Shown: positions 13,096-27,339 of the stretch, in pieces
Numbering within the stretch: the stretch's first letter is position 1
Layout: every line of letters starts with the position of its first letter
Origin: Epiperipatus broadwayi
Lineage: Eukaryota > Animalia > Onychophora
DNA: 64,000 bases
NCBI GenBank assembly: GCA_028023455.1
Contig: JAQFVV010000006.1
Coordinates: 1,984,001-2,048,000 of the forward strand
Reading direction: 5' to 3'
Notes under the pieces: model-generated
Database searches by the model: none
What the model saw: the letters and a program-made list of their open reading frames with translations, nothing else
What the model was told of the DNA's origin: nothing
Position numbers and translations under genes: made by a program

Positions 13096-15399
13096 TCCAT
13101 ATTTTATTCTAACGATTAACTAATGGTATTGATCCTCTAGGGGATGCTTTTGCAATAATGTACCAATCCATTCTTGTTGCAATCCATTTGAACTTTTAGG
13201 GAATTGGGTTAATCCTGTAGCTCAATATTTTCTGTCATTGCTCACAATGGTAATTACCTAATTCATATACCTTCTGCAGTCACAGTATTAGAACATAAAA
13301 AAATATAATACCTATATAATATCTCTCATTCACTTGAATTAAAAATTATTCGGGGTATGTGAACCATTTTTGAACAGCAAAAGAGATGTCTCATCAGAAA
13401 ACATCAATTCTGATTGTGAATGGTTTAATGTTTTAGTCAGCAGCAGAAATGAATAACGGGTTATTTGATTGGATTAGTCATGAAGCTTTGTTTAAAGCAT
13501 AAATGTCCAAGTTAAAATTTTCTGTTTTAATTATATTGCAAGGTGATATAGGTGATCATGACTGGGGGGTAAGTGGATGGATTCCATTGTCACAATAATG
13601 AATATGGTGTTTGAACCATCTGATAAATCAAACAGGTGATAAGTCATTCTGGAGCCGGTATTGTTTTGAAGGCATCTAGCAATAATAACAGATATTTTCC
13701 CCCTAAAAATCTTGCTTTTATAAAAGCACAAACAATTAGATAAAAAAATATTCGGTTTTTGTTATATCATGTGATGATGTAATTCATTAGAAAAATGCAT
13801 AACATTGAGAGAAAACGAGGATCTGTAATGAGATGGATAGATTTCATCATCACAGTAACACCTTTGAACAGTATTAAAAACGAAACAAATATTATTTGAG
13901 GATACATGTAATAATTTATTTTATTTATTAAGCCATATATATAAACATTAAAAACCTAAAGTTAAACTATTTAATAAAATAATCAAAATTACTTCAAATT
14001 CACAACTCAACCAGACTAGCCAAAAAACTAAAACACAATCAATGGCTTCCCTGCTACAGGCTGTATTCCCTCGATCTCACTTCGTGTGATTTTTTTTTTT
14101 TTTAATCTCTTGAATGAAAAAATAGCTCATTTTTTTTTGCAGACTTAGAACTGGGGGGCGGACGCACACAGAAGCGTTAAACATATTACTTTGTAAGTGT
14201 TTCTGGACTACTTCGAAAGTGACGAGCTGGTTTAGAGCGGTGTATTGCATTAAATAGACTATATTTTTTAAAGTGATTCACTTTGCAACACCTAAAAATA
14301 AATATACAATTTTTATTACAAAATTCTGATTATTTTTGGGTTCCCCTTTGTATATCAATAATTGCTCTATACTTTAAAGCTTAACAATAGCCAATACACA
14401 AGAAGTAAAATAAACATCTTATACAGAAATCAATATAAACCTTTAAAAATAATATGCATAATATAATTTTATAAGTTACTGTAATAAGGGCAGTGAACTA
14501 ACAATATAACCACTCCAAATAGAGATATATAAGACAGTATACTTTGACAATCAACAACGTAAGTAGTAATCAAAGTGGGCTTTAGGCAATAATTTTATTA
14601 AGTATGGATTTAATGGCTAAAGGGAGGTTGAAAGTTTGTATGTAAATATTATTTAAATAATAATGGTGATTATGATAACAACAATAATAATATTCTTAGA
14701 TCAAATGATGGTTTAAACTTCGTTGTCAGAAGTATCATAGCTATTTCCCTGATTTAGTCCAACCATCGCTTTCTTAATGCTCAAATAGCCCGATTAAAAG
14801 TATCCAATTTTGCTTACATACAGAGGTGATCGACAGCACGACTAGTTGTGACATAGATGGACTTCATCCTCACAATTTTGAATACACCTTTGAACAGTCT
14901 GATAAACCAAACAGATTTCAGGTCATTCTAGATATCATTGTTGCTTTAAATACTTCTAGTTAATTGTAGATGTTCTTAAAACAAGTAATTGGTTTATATT
15001 TCACTGAGAAAAATACAATAGGTATTACCTTTATTTTGTCCAGTCTCTTGATGTATATTTATTTACTTTTTCAATTGTTATTTTTAGAAGTAAATTTAAA
15101 GAAAATTTTTATTTCATTTTAATCAGTTTAAATGCCATATGTTACCCACTAATACTTTGTTTACAGAAAAAGAAAATCTTTTTTTCTAAACGTTTATCAT
15201 AATAACTTCTTATTTATTATTTGAATTAAATTTTCTTTAATAAATACTGCGTATTCTTTGTTTTCGGGCTATTTATGATTGTAGAAAACTAAAAATATGT
15301 ATCGAACTTCAATTTATTCAGTTTTTGTTTTTTTAATTAAGGATTATTAAAAAGAAGAATAAAACTATCATTTCATTATATATATACACTTTTTTTTTT

Positions 15400-18181
15400 T
15401 TTATTCATGATCCCTTTTTATCATAAATATAGAAATAGATATAGATATAAATATTCCCATAAATAATTTATTTCTTTGGTAAACAATATACATATGAAAA
15501 TAAGTAGTTTTAGGATTTGTTTTAAGTATACAAAAATTAAAGAAAATCACATTTTAATGAGACGGATGTGCTTGCTTTTTGCTGCATAACAAATTAAATC
15601 TTGGTGAAATATTTGATACTGCCGGACGTAAAGCATCTTCAATGTTTTTCAGCGTTGAATGATATTTGGATTTAATATACATTAAAGCTGAAAAAGTCAT
15701 TTCGCATAAGTATGTGGTGCTGAATGGCAGAAGAACATTTAATGCCATTTCAGAAATTGTGGGAAATTCAGTCCTAGCTCCGATCCAGAATTCAGTTAAG
15801 GATTTTTGTGGAAAGTCAAGTTTTAAGTTTGAGTCACTCGATAGCTCACAAATTCCTCTTGGGCTTTATATGGCAGGTGATTAATCTCATTAATGTCAAT
15901 AAAAATGGTCTTTGAATCCAAGATAATTTTTTGAAATCTAAATTTGCAAAACTATGATTCTAGGTTTTTAAGTGATCTTTAATAAGTTTTGCAATTAACG
16001 TTTTACAATTATTTTTTTCAATTATTAAATTGTCCATAGTCTAAAACATTTCCAATGAATCATTTTCCACCCTATTCTTCCAAATGTTGATCTTTTTAAT
16101 AAAACCTTCAATTTTATCATTCAAAGTAAAAATATTGCTATTTTTTCCTTGAAGAGACAAGTTAAGATCATTTAGCTTCTCAAAAATATCAGACAAATAG
16201 CACAGCTTTGATAGCCATAAGTCATTTTGAAAAAGAGCAGCAAGATCAGATTTTTGTTCAGTTAAAAATACAATAATTTCTTCTTTTAATAACAATAATC
16301 TTCTTAAACTTCGCCCTCTTGACATCCATCTTACTTCTGCATGTAATAATAAATTTTTGTATTCAGAGTCCATGTCTTTACAAAGATTTAAAAATAAACG
16401 GCTGTTAAGGGCACAGCTTTTAATAAAGTTTATAATTTTGACAGCATCCTGAAGCACATCGTTCAATTCTGTTGCTAATTTTTTTGCTGCAAGGACCTCT
16501 CGATGGATCAGGCCGTGTGTAAAAGTTATATGATTATTACCAGAAGCGTTAACGAATGATTTAAAACCAATATTTTTACCAGTCATTTTTTCCATTCTAA
16601 ACTTTCAGTTTTAAAAAATTTGTCTACTTTATTATATATGTCTTCCCCTCTTGTATGTTCTTCCAAAGAATGACAAAATAGCAATTCTTCCTCAAGGTTT
16701 TCTTTATAAATGTATCTGACATATACTAATAATTGAACTATTTTTGAATTATCAGTTGTTTCATCCAACTGAATTGTAAATGTTGAGCTTTCTTTAAATC
16801 TAGTTATAAGTTGCTCAAATTAGTCATTGCTAATTTCAGAAATTCTATTAATGACAGTGTCATTTGACAAAGGAATTTTTCAAATTTCATCACCATATTC
16901 ACTTCCGTGAAGTATTTCTACCATTTTAATAGCAGCAAATAATATAAGATCTCCAATGGTGTATGGCTTTTTATTTTTAGCAATCCGATATGAAACTTCA
17001 TATGATGCGAGTAAATATTTTTCATTAACAGTTATAAATTTCTCAAAAATATTGTTTTTCTTTTTTTGAAATTTTTAACAGTCGTGTTCGAAGTATTCTT
17101 TTGGTTTATTAACATATGAAGGATATTTGGATTCAAAATGTCTTTTTAATTTTGATGGTTTCATACTCTCCATAGACAAAACATTACTGCAAATTAAACA
17201 AAGAGGTTGTTCATTACCATCACAGTTGTTGAAAGTAAAGCCAAATTGGGGAAATGTCTCATCATATTTTCTTTTTCGCATCTTAGATGCCTCTCTGATT
17301 ACAAGATCCTACTTGAAGAGACTTTGTAGCATTGCCATCTGCATCATTACCTTTGGTACTCAAGTTTAGTCATTTATCCATGGGTAAAAAGTATTTTTAT
17401 CCTAAAATATAAATAAAATAATAGTCCTTTTTAGTTAGCAGAGATACCAAGTAGCAGCTGTATTTTCTGTTTAATTATATGAAGCACGTTTACTCCCATA
17501 TATTCTATTTTTTAAATATCCCCGTATGTTTTAATATTTAAAAAATATCAATAAATTAATTGTAAATTACGTGTTAAGTTTAAAAAATAGGAATATGTTT
17601 TTAATTGTTAATAAACAAATGGCAATAAGTTTCAAATAAAAAATAAATTTTTATAATAACTAATAGGATGATAAATGTTGAATAAAAACGTGAGAAAAAA
17701 AGTATGCAAGCATTTATATATATAAAAAGCAGCATCTTTGATAATATTTATTCAAATAAATATTAACCTTAGTCCAGTAAAACAGTAAAATACAAATTGT
17801 GTTGTTCTTGCGATGTGGACACTTGTTGAAATGAAACCGAAATAAATAACTTGACCAGAAATAATTATATAATCACAATGGCACTAACCTTATTCTCACC
17901 ACTGCAGCATATATTTTGATTATGAAATAACTTATTTGCTGAAATTGCAATGTGACACCACTATTATGATGGATTTAGTGTTATTTTTCAATATGTAAAT
18001 ATAATTTACAGGTCAACTTGGCCACCATTATGATTTTATAATTGCATTGTAAATTAAAGATAATAAAGGGATTGCGATTAATATTTCTTTAAATTCATGT
18101 ATCTGAATTAAATTTTTGCAACCCCAACTTTTTGCTTCATGACTCCATTTGGGGTTGTGACCCATAGTATAAGAAATGCTG
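15400..18181 (-). mobile_element. hAT DNA transposon, Buster/Charlie group, decayed
   Basis: 5' terminus CAGCATTTCTT...GGGTCACAACCCC at 18181, flanked by ctatatgt (nnnTAnnn); internal transposase; 3' subterminal aagggatcatgaat near 15405, but the terminal repeat is lost. Confidence 0.8.
15554..17381 (-). pseudogene. Buster-type hAT transposase pseudogene (ZBED5/ZBED8/SCAND3-like family)
   Basis: Frame-shifted pieces MDK(W)L, RKYDETFPQFGF..PLCLIC..SMKPSKLKRHF, DETTDNSKIVQLLVYVRY, LLLHAEVRWMSRG, LPFSTTYLCEMTFSAL. Confidence 0.95.
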
Positions 18182-19187
18182 CTATATGTATTACAACAAC
18201 CCTTAAATAATAAACAATTGAGTGGTTTATTGCAGGAAGTTTATCGGAATTTATAGTGCCGGAAATGAAGGCACTGACCTGCCATCTATCGACATTGAAT
18301 TCCAGATAATTCGACTCTATTTCCGAATCAAACCATGCAAGTCGGAGATAACTGTTGATAATCTGCCTATGTAAGTACACTTGTACACTTATGTAGATAA
18401 TATTTTGATTATTAGTGGTTTCAAAATTATTTTGTAATACGTAAGTTGTTATGAATAGCAACTATTCATAAATCAGTATGTCCCTACATGGTTTAGTACC
18501 CCACAGGGGTATTGTATCAAACTCTGGAATATAGTCTTTCGATCGATTTCATTTCTACCACTTCCGGCACTCAACTTTTTATGCACTCCTGAACAAAGCC
18601 ATATAACACCATAAGCGAAAAGCAAAAGATAGAAAGTCAAATATACAAAAGTTGAAAGTCAGTTTTAAAATAATTTTATAAACTAATCTGTATATATTAC
18701 ATATTAGTTCTTTAGTCTTTTATTTTTTTTAATGTATTTGCATGCTCCCTTTTAACACATAAATAAGTCATGAATTATGTATGATTGTTTACTCTATTTT
18801 TTAACGTATTTGCAAACTGCCTTTTAACACATACCTGAACCATGAGTTATGTATTGAAATCGTGGTTGCTACTTTTATTTCCATTACCCTTCAAAATTCA
18901 TTTTCTATTAACTTTGGCTTCATGGTCCATTATCTCATAGTAACTTATTCTGTCAAGCAACAACAAATGTCTTCCCCTTGACACACCCACTTATTATCCT
19001 ATGCTCCAATTTATTTTAGTTTTCACAGTTCTGGATAGACAGTAATGGTCACTATGTCAAAGATTTTTGACCAAATTAAAGGAGAGATGTGTGAATATCA
19101 CTTTGCAGAAGGAATAGAATAGTGAACTCCTCAATCTTATAAATCAGGATTGGCCATAATTGATTAATGCAGGAGTCACTTGCTATT

Positions 19188-19245
19188 CAACTTTACGATA
19201 ACTGTTACTCTTGTTCTGACACGAGTGACAGTTATCGTAAAGTTG
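19188..19245. other. 58-nt near-perfect hairpin
   Basis: caactttacgataactgttactc pairs with gagtgacagttatcgtaaagttg (23 bp, one G.U) around a 12-nt loop. Confidence 0.8.
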
Positions 19246-19619
19246 CAAAACGTGAAGAACTGTTTCATAATTTTATTGTTACAAGTTTATATTTCATTAT
19301 AAATATAAAAATTGGGAAATATATTTTAGATACTGTGTTTGTTGAGTTGTCATTTTTTTATACTTGCTATAAACCAAAGCTTTTCTTCTATTTTAATGAT
19401 GTTACTGTAATATTGCCCTATATAGTTTAGTACAGTGATAAAGTGGTATTATCTGAAGCCAAAGTCCATATATCGTAATTCCACTCTCTCACTTCCACTC
19501 TTTGAACTTATGAACCCTTGACCAATAAATCATTCTTTTTTATGTAATATTGTATTACTTTTAAAATTATATATTTATGCTTCTGTTTCCAAAACACTGA
19601 AATTTTTTATTAACTTTCA

Positions 19620-19780
19620 AATGTCTCAAACATGTAGGTCGTCTTCAGGGTTTAACATATATGAATAGATGTACGTTTTCTGTCTATTGAATAACAAATA
19701 ATTTTCCGGATGTCTGTATTCGGTATACTTGTATGCTAAATACTGAAGATGATCTATATGCAGGATCAAAACATTAAAGG
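19620..19780. mobile_element. Divergent pair of decayed Penelope-type hammerhead termini
   Basis: Plus: CTGAAGA-T-GATC(tatatgcag)GATC-AAAA-CATT. Minus: CTGAAGA-C-GACC(tacat)GTTT-GAGA-CATT. Both fit a CTGAAGA...CGAAACGT consensus after CpG decay. Confidence 0.5.
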
Positions 19781-20208
19781 TTAATAAATAAAATCTAAAA
19801 AAATCATTACATTCATATTTTGATTACAAAAGCAATACAAGATGCATAATATTATTAAGAATTAATATATTTAAGTATCTTCTCTTAGATATTTGTAAAA
19901 ATAAAATGTGAGTTGGTATACCATCAAATTACGAATTGTAGTCTAAAACTGCATTGGACCAGTTTTGGCGGAACCAAGCCTTAACATCACTATCATATTT
20001 CCTGTGAGCCTTCTATAAACAGGAACTGAGAATTCCAAATTTGACTAATCTATAAATATCTTATACTTTATTTCCATAATGCCTAAATGGATTATGCCTA
20101 AATGCATTTCATTCATAAAAATACATATATATATATTTTAACATAAAATATAAATAAATATTATAGACAACTCTATTTGAATTAATAAATAATAATAAAT
20201 TTATTTTG

Positions 20209-20248
20209 CATCAAATCGATTTTCGTTCAAATGAACCTCTTCAAGATG
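20209..20248 (-). ncRNA. Minimal type I hammerhead ribozyme motif, nearly intact
   Basis: Minus strand: CATC-TTGAAGA-G-GTTC(ATTT)GAAC-GAAA-A(TCGA)TT-T-GATG. Stems I and II are intact, the stem III palindrome is AATCGATT, and the core has a U3.G8 pair. Confidence 0.7.
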
Positions 20249-20912
20249 TTAGAATAAATTAAAAAGTCACGCGATTTATATTAACTTAGTATACACTTAT
20301 TGTTCAAACCAAACATTAAAAATTATTAAAAATTTTTTTTTAATGTTTAATTGACGACTTATAATTCAACTTCACGGATTCTTGGAGCAAAATTCAGAAA
20401 CTAGTATCCTTTGACCTTAATGATAAAGGCTTCATAAAATTATGACAATTTAAAGAATACAGTTTATAAAATTCACTATCAACAATCAGAAGACCGATCA
20501 CACAAATGTCTGTAGAGTTGAAAGAAATCAGATGGTATATCCTCAATATAGCAGTTTTTTAAATTTTGTTTATAAAAATCTTTAAATAAATTAAAAGATA
20601 TTATATTTACTAAATATAATTCAAATGAGTTGTCTATAATATTTATTTATATTTTATGTTAAAGTATTTTATAAAGACAACATAATGGATGTTAATTCCA
20701 TCGTATGAAATATATATATATTGTATTTTTATTAATGTTAATGTTCTATAAATAATGTAATATTTCAAAAGTCATCTGATGAAATTTACTTAAGAAAACA
20801 AGTAAAAGTTTGAAAATTTTAACACCCAAATTTATGGGTTATTTTTGCCAATGAAAGGAATCATCTACTAGTCTGTAGATAATATTCATAATAACAAATT
20901 CAGACATTAATA

Positions 20913-21114
20913 ATTTAAATATCATATCATTTCTAACCTTCTTATACACTTAACATTACTATTTTTTTTACACTAAAATCTTACTCTTACAGTTTTGACA
21001 GCCCGATGTCTGATGATGACTGCAGGGCTGTCAGAACTGTAAGAGTATGGTTTTGGTATATAAAATAATATTGTTAAATGTATAAGAAGGTTTGAAATGG
21101 TATGATATGTAAAT
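20913..21114. mobile_element. Fold-back/MITE with about 90-bp arms and 20-nt loop
   Basis: 20913-21004 is the reverse complement of 21025-21114; the innermost 23 bp pair with one G.U. Confidence 0.85.
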
Positions 21115-21941
21115 ATATAAATTAATACATAAGGAAAGGAGGAAGAAGATGAAAATTGTATTACATTAACAACTTGTGTGAATGAAACTAATTTAATTTT
21201 TAATTACACTGTAAATTAGCATTACTTTATTTACCAAAGACAACACTGTTAAATACCCTTTTTAATAACCCCTTAGGAAAGATCTAATCACTACTTAATG
21301 CCTGCCTGGCTAGCAGTGTATCTTCAGTGCATTCAGATGGTGGTGCTGTTAATTTAGGCTTTTCTGCACTATTTTGTAGTTATCCATAACATTAGATTGT
21401 CTATTCATATTTATTTAATGGCATAAATTGGAACTAAAATTGCTACTTAAAAAAACTGACCCTGTAAGTATTGTATCAACATCGTATAAATAACTTGCAA
21501 ATTTATAAATTCAAAAGGGGCTGAAAATGCCATCGATTGCAATACTGCTGATTGGTAGATTCTTTGTTCTGAGATTTTTGAGTGTCCATTTTTTTTTTAG
21601 TATTTTAAGGAAGAAAATTGTAATTTTCACTAATTTCTTTACATATTTATGCAACATATTTGTAAAATATTCATTTTAAACTAAAAAAAGTGGTGATTAT
21701 AATTACATTATATTTCAAAATTTGTTTTTTTAAGAAGACAGGTTGTTAAAACCCTAAATATAACATGGCAGAAGTTATGACTGATTTACCAATACAGAAT
21801 TTTTTTGTGAAATTTTAATAAGTGCAAATTTAAATTCATTCAATTCTAATTAAGAAATATTTTGTTCAATAATTTTTATAAATAGATGAATACAAAAAAA
21901 AGTCTGTTTTTATTATTAAATATTTATTAATTTTAGCACTT

Positions 21942-22051
21942 TTTTTTCTCCATATGTCATAGCATCGGCCAGGACGCGAACCCACAACCGTCTGCAACCA
22001 ACTACTTGCTTGCATGGCGGCTGCGATACCTCTCGGCTAACAACGCAAGAC
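21942..22051 (-). mobile_element. tRNA-Gly-derived SINE with 13-bp target-site duplication
   Basis: tRNA-like head plus gatgctatgaca tail and poly(A); TSD aattttagcactt at 21929-21941 and 22052-22064. Confidence 0.85.
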
Positions 22052-25000
22052 AATTTTAGCACTTTAAGACTCAATTTATTTTAATTTACAAAAATTTTGT
22101 AATAACTTTAAAGCATTTTAAAACTGTTGTCTAGGATATGTTTATAATCAATAGATGGAAAAACCTTAATGTTAAAAGTAGTTGGAATTTTTTGTCTGTT
22201 CTATATAAATATGTTAATTTACTTTTATTTGAAATCTATTTGTAATAGATGATAAAATGGCAAGGAAAGAATTTTAGTATATAATTGTTACTTTACTATT
22301 GTTTTAATATTACAGGATTTTCTATTTCATTTATTATTACTGATATAGTGTTAGATAGTAGTTATTTTTTAAGATTTAAATATTACAATTTTTTAAAAAT
22401 TATCCGAAGTTTATCAAAAATAGATATTTAGTTGGCCTTGCCTTTGGAAAATAAAATCATGCCAAATTTATATATATATTGTAATGATTGTGAAATATAT
22501 GTCAAAACACACATATATGTCTATCTGCATTATATATTTTATAATTTAAAATAAATAACAAATTATTAAGAAAAAGAGAAATGAAAAATAGTTTGAAAAA
22601 AAAAAAAGATTTGTAAAAATGAAATCAATAAAATAAAAGATTGCATCATTTTTTTTTGGAATAAAACTGTTTATTAAGAATAGGGTGGGGGGAAAGAATC
22701 ATGACAGATTTAAGATCCATTCTCTTCTTTTTATAAATTAAATTAAGTTTATATTTCATTATGTCAGTAATTCACAGAAGTCCAGAGAAAAATTTCAAAG
22801 CAAGCAGACAAAAGTTTGGAGGCTTCTGATTATTTGAATCTTTAATATTGGACATATAAAGTAACTTAAGAACCTCCTTTTTTATTGTCACCAAAATAAC
22901 GAAACAAAATTGTATAATTTTGTAATATATTTAAATATTCGTAATTAGTTTTACAAAATATTTTCATAATAATTATTGAAAATGGAAATATATTTATGTT
23001 TATACTTAAATTTTTATGAAATATGCTTCATTTTTAAAAATATAAGTTAAGAAATTTGAAGTAACATTAAAAAGGAAACCGTGATCATTTCCAATCCTAT
23101 CGTGAAGCAGTTATCATAGAAAAGAATTTCATAAATTTTTGATGCCTTTATTATTCGGTCATGTTTAAAAAATTGGAATTTGTTCAACAAAGCTTTAATT
23201 GATTTCCTTTTAACAATAGTGTTAAGGCAAAGATTCAACAAGCATAAAGTCATTGTTAACGTTATGTTTTCATATTTTAATTTTTTTTATATATATTTTG
23301 AAAGTTTATATAAGATTTGTAAGAATTTTTTTCATTTGTAAACTTATATTTCTAATAAATGAAGTCCAATTTATCGATTCAAGATATTAAATAAAGATTT
23401 TAACATTAAGATTAACATTTTTAAATATTAATTCTAATTGCCACTAGCAGTAGGTGGGAAAGTGAAGGGATTTAAGTGATTTCTGTTTCAAAATGCTATA
23501 TTCTGATAACTTTTTCTCATACTACTTTGCCGTTATTTCACATAAGGCAAGTGTGGAAGCTGCTTTTGAGTCTGTATTTTTGAAGATGTATTATGCTGAA
23601 TCTGCTATCTTATTTAAACATTTTGACAATAAAATGGATGGAAATGTTAGTTAGAATTATGGGATAGTAGATTCATATAAATTTGTTTGGTATTTTGGTA
23701 ACTGTGCTCAAGAAGTCCTCCTTGACAGTGAAACCATTGGTAATAATGAATTTTTAATCGTAATTTGGATTAATATTATTCATTCTGAATTTAATGTAGT
23801 TTGTTTATTTTATTAAATAGTTAGCTTTGGTTTTAGATAGATTAAATTTAGAAACGAATGATAGTGTTAGCATAGATATATACTGATTTCCCATAAAGTT
23901 TTAATAATTTTTCATCAGCCAGATATTTGCAGTAAAAATTTTGAACATAAAAATAGTTAACAAAAATAGAATAAAGCAATTATCAAAAACACTGTAGAAT
24001 AATAATTTGAGAAAACCAAATACTTGACTGAATAGATATTGAATGTGCAAAATTAGACAAATGGCTGACTTAGAAATGATTTATGATGTTCCTCTTATAT
24101 TTAACATATTTGAAATGTATGAATTCAAATTTATGATTTTCTAATTTTTTATTTAATATTGTTTTCAAACCATGAATTAATGAAATTACGGATAGTGAAC
24201 CCATGGGTATATAAAGGGATCTACTGTAATTGACTTAATTTTACAAATAGTTATTGTCCTGTTGAAGGCTTTGAATAGAGAATTCTAAAAAAAACATGAT
24301 CCTATATGAAGAGGAATTTTTATTTAAAAAATCTCTGAGGAGGACTGCAGGGCACTCCAAACATCAGATTGTGTGTGTATTTATATACAATAATTTTTTT
24401 TTGCTGAATAATGTTTGAAGTAACGTGGACAAATTGTATTTATAAACAATATATTTATATATGTATATAATTAGAATAGAAGTTCATAGGTATTTTCTTG
24501 ATCTTGAAAGAGTGAATTATGTTGTTTCGTTGGATATGGATATATTGAAAATGAATAGGATATATTGAAATAATCTTTGGAGAATGTTTTTGTATCTATT
24601 AGTTAGTATCAATAGTCCATTTAAATTCCTATTTTATTTTTAGACTTTATTTTTATTAATGAAACCTGCGATTCAAATCAAAATAATATCATTATGGATC
24701 TAGAAATTAGCTATTAGATCATATTTCTATTCAAGCCACATGTTTGAAAAGTCAAACCACTCTAATGTTTTTAAGCCAAACTAATCTGTTTGAACAGTTA
24801 TATAAATCTGATTCCAGACCTGTAACTAAATTTTAATTATTCATAGTTTTCTCAACTGTAGGTACTTAAACTCCTGGCTGGTCGAGAAAGTTGGCTTGAA
24901 TTGTGAACCTTTAAACATATTGAATTTTCAGACTTTTAGTTTAAATAATATAAAATGGCATTAAAAAGTAATTGGTAAATTTAATTGCCTTACCATGTAG

Positions 25001-25059
25001 TTATCATTGATTACTCTATTTTGCTATAAATATCACTGGAATAAAGAGTTGATCTTATT

Positions 25060-25064
<5 letters not shown>

Positions 25065-25130
<66 letters not shown>
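25065..25130. repeat. (TA)n microsatellite
   Basis: About 33 TA units with one interruption. Confidence 0.95.
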
Positions 25131-25134
<4 letters not shown>

Positions 25135-25499
25135 ACTGATTGCTGTTTTTAAATATCAGGGGAATAGAAGGTTTTATTTTATCAAGTTTCCTATTAATGT
25201 GGAAATATGCTCATTTATAATGAGTAATATATTATTAGAATATATTAATTGTAGAAAGTTTAAAATGAAAATAAACATATATAAAGCTATGATACTAGAT
25301 GGAGAAAAGAATAATATTTACAACTAGTATCCTAGTGTTAAGATATTTTTAAAAGCACGTTCTACGGGTAGTCACACTTTGACAGTGTTTGTCTTTGTTA
25401 GTACTCTTATTTAATTTTTAATTTATGCATTCAAAAAATATTTTAATTTTTACTCACCTTTCTCATCAAGAGATGGAACCACTTTCAAACTAAGAATAT

Positions 25500-26010
25500 T
25501 GAAGTAAACAGAATATTGGGTGTGAGTTAATTTATGACAATAGCAAAGAATTTAGTTTACTGTTTAAGGTTCAAACAGGATCTTTAGCAACAAGGGCATG
25601 TACACATAAATTGAAAAATATGAATGATTTAGTCTGTAAATCGTGTAAGGAAGTCATAGAAAATATTAGGCATTTATTTATTAATTGAATGTAAATGCCT
25701 GCAAGCAGAAAAAGTACAAATAATGAAGTTATGGAAGAATAAATATAAGCAAAGTGATTATACAGAAACTGGGTTCTTGGTTTTTATGCTAGCTTTGGGA
25801 AATGATAAGGGAGATTTACATATAAAGGCCATAGAGTTGACATTATGTTGTGGAAATGGGATGGAGCAGGATAATGAAGAGTACGGAAAAAACTTAAGGT
25901 GGGGAATGGAAGGGGAAGATAAGGTGGCTGACAGGTTTTTCTGGGCATTGTGACATAGAGATTCCTGACCCCAATAAAGATAAAGTCACAGTGTGTCACA
26001 TCATACGAGT
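25500..26010 (+). mobile_element. Non-LTR retrotransposon 3' end with CCHC zinc knuckle and 3' UTR
   Basis: YDNSKEFSLLFKVQTGSLATRACTHK...VCKSCKEVIENIRHLF matches the YDNS.GS.LLF..R.G.L.T...C..C...ET.EH...C LINE tail. Confidence 0.75.
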
Positions 26011-26373
26011 TAAAGATTTTATATTTTTAATGGGAACTACTTTTTCTTTCTCATATATCTTTGAATCACTTTATTGGTTTTCCAAACATATTGCAAAACA
26101 TATGTAGCTTAGCAAACAGTATCTATTAATAATATATTATATTGAGTAACCAAAGCAATAATTACTTAAGTTTCTTTTTTTTTAAAGACATTCATTATCT
26201 TAGTACAAAGAAAATGTCAAATATTTAAAATGTTTTACTTTTTTTGGAAAACACTTTAATATATATTTATTTAATTATTAATAATTTTAATCACCTGGAA
26301 TAATTTTTATTGCTGATCAAATATGTAACCTTTATTAATATAAATACTTATGGGACAATCACATCTGAATATG

Positions 26374-26555
26374 TCACTAGGACAAATTGCAAACAAAGAA
26401 CCAAAGATCCATTTTTAAATAAACTTGTAAATTCATTTAATTTTTGAACAGTATCAGTCTTTTATCTGACGCCATTGATATCCAAGTGGGTAAATATATT
26501 TACAAGTTTATTTAAAAATGGTTCTTCAGAATCTGCTTGGAATTTGTCCTAGTAA
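26374..26555. repeat. Small inverted repeat/MITE
   Basis: Arms of about 60 bp at 26374-26432 and 26498-26555. Confidence 0.7.
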
Positions 26556-26732
26556 TGTATTCGGGCATAATTGTTAGCATGGAATCATCAATTTCATAGT
26601 TTGTTATCTTTGTGGAAGTATAGCACAAACTGCATAACACATCTGTCTGCATATCGTGAAGATATTTTCCAGAAAATTTTCAAAATTATATCAAACACGG
26701 CTTCTGACAAATATTTTTTAAAATATATATAT

Positions 26733-26816
26733 GTGTCAAAGCATCGGCCGGGAAGTAAACCCAGGACAACTGTTTGTAACACAACTGTGCTAGCCACTTT
26801 GCCACCAATGCTTGAC
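26733..26816 (-). mobile_element. tRNA-Gly-derived SINE, older copy
   Basis: Reverse complement gtcaagcattggtggc...gggtttacttcccggccgatgctttgacac. Confidence 0.8.
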
Positions 26817-27339
26817 AAGGTTTTTTTTTATATATCAATTTTTGATAAATATATATATATATTTTAAAAAATCTTTTTTTTTTTTTTTAACAAAAGAAGA
26901 CAATTCATGGACATTAAATCTAGAAGATTTTTAAAATACCTTTTATGTCAAAATGGATTGCTTCAATGCATAACTACTTTTTAATTATAAAAAGAAAATT
27001 AAGTATGTTTCCATAATTTTATTGTTAGTTAACAGCTATTGGTCAAATAATTATATATACAAGGTATGTTACTTCATACATTTGTGTTTATATATATATA
27101 TTGTAAAATTCTGAGGTGTGATATAACGGAAGGATTTCCAGTTTCAAAAAAACAAACAACTTATTAGTGATCAATAATTTACAATTATACCTCTTTTTTT
27201 TTTATTATTTAGTGCAAAATATTAAATTCTCTATGATTTTATATTTTTATTTAATGTACTTATTATATTTTCTTGTCTTTATTATTTTTTATGGTACATT
27301 ATTTGTATGGAGCATATATATATTAAATAATCTCTCCAC

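Noticed and set aside
20790-20845. + strand CTGATGA...GAAA hammerhead-like motif
   Set aside because: Stem II is irregular and stems I and III do not form; noted only as a caveat to the strand-bias finding.
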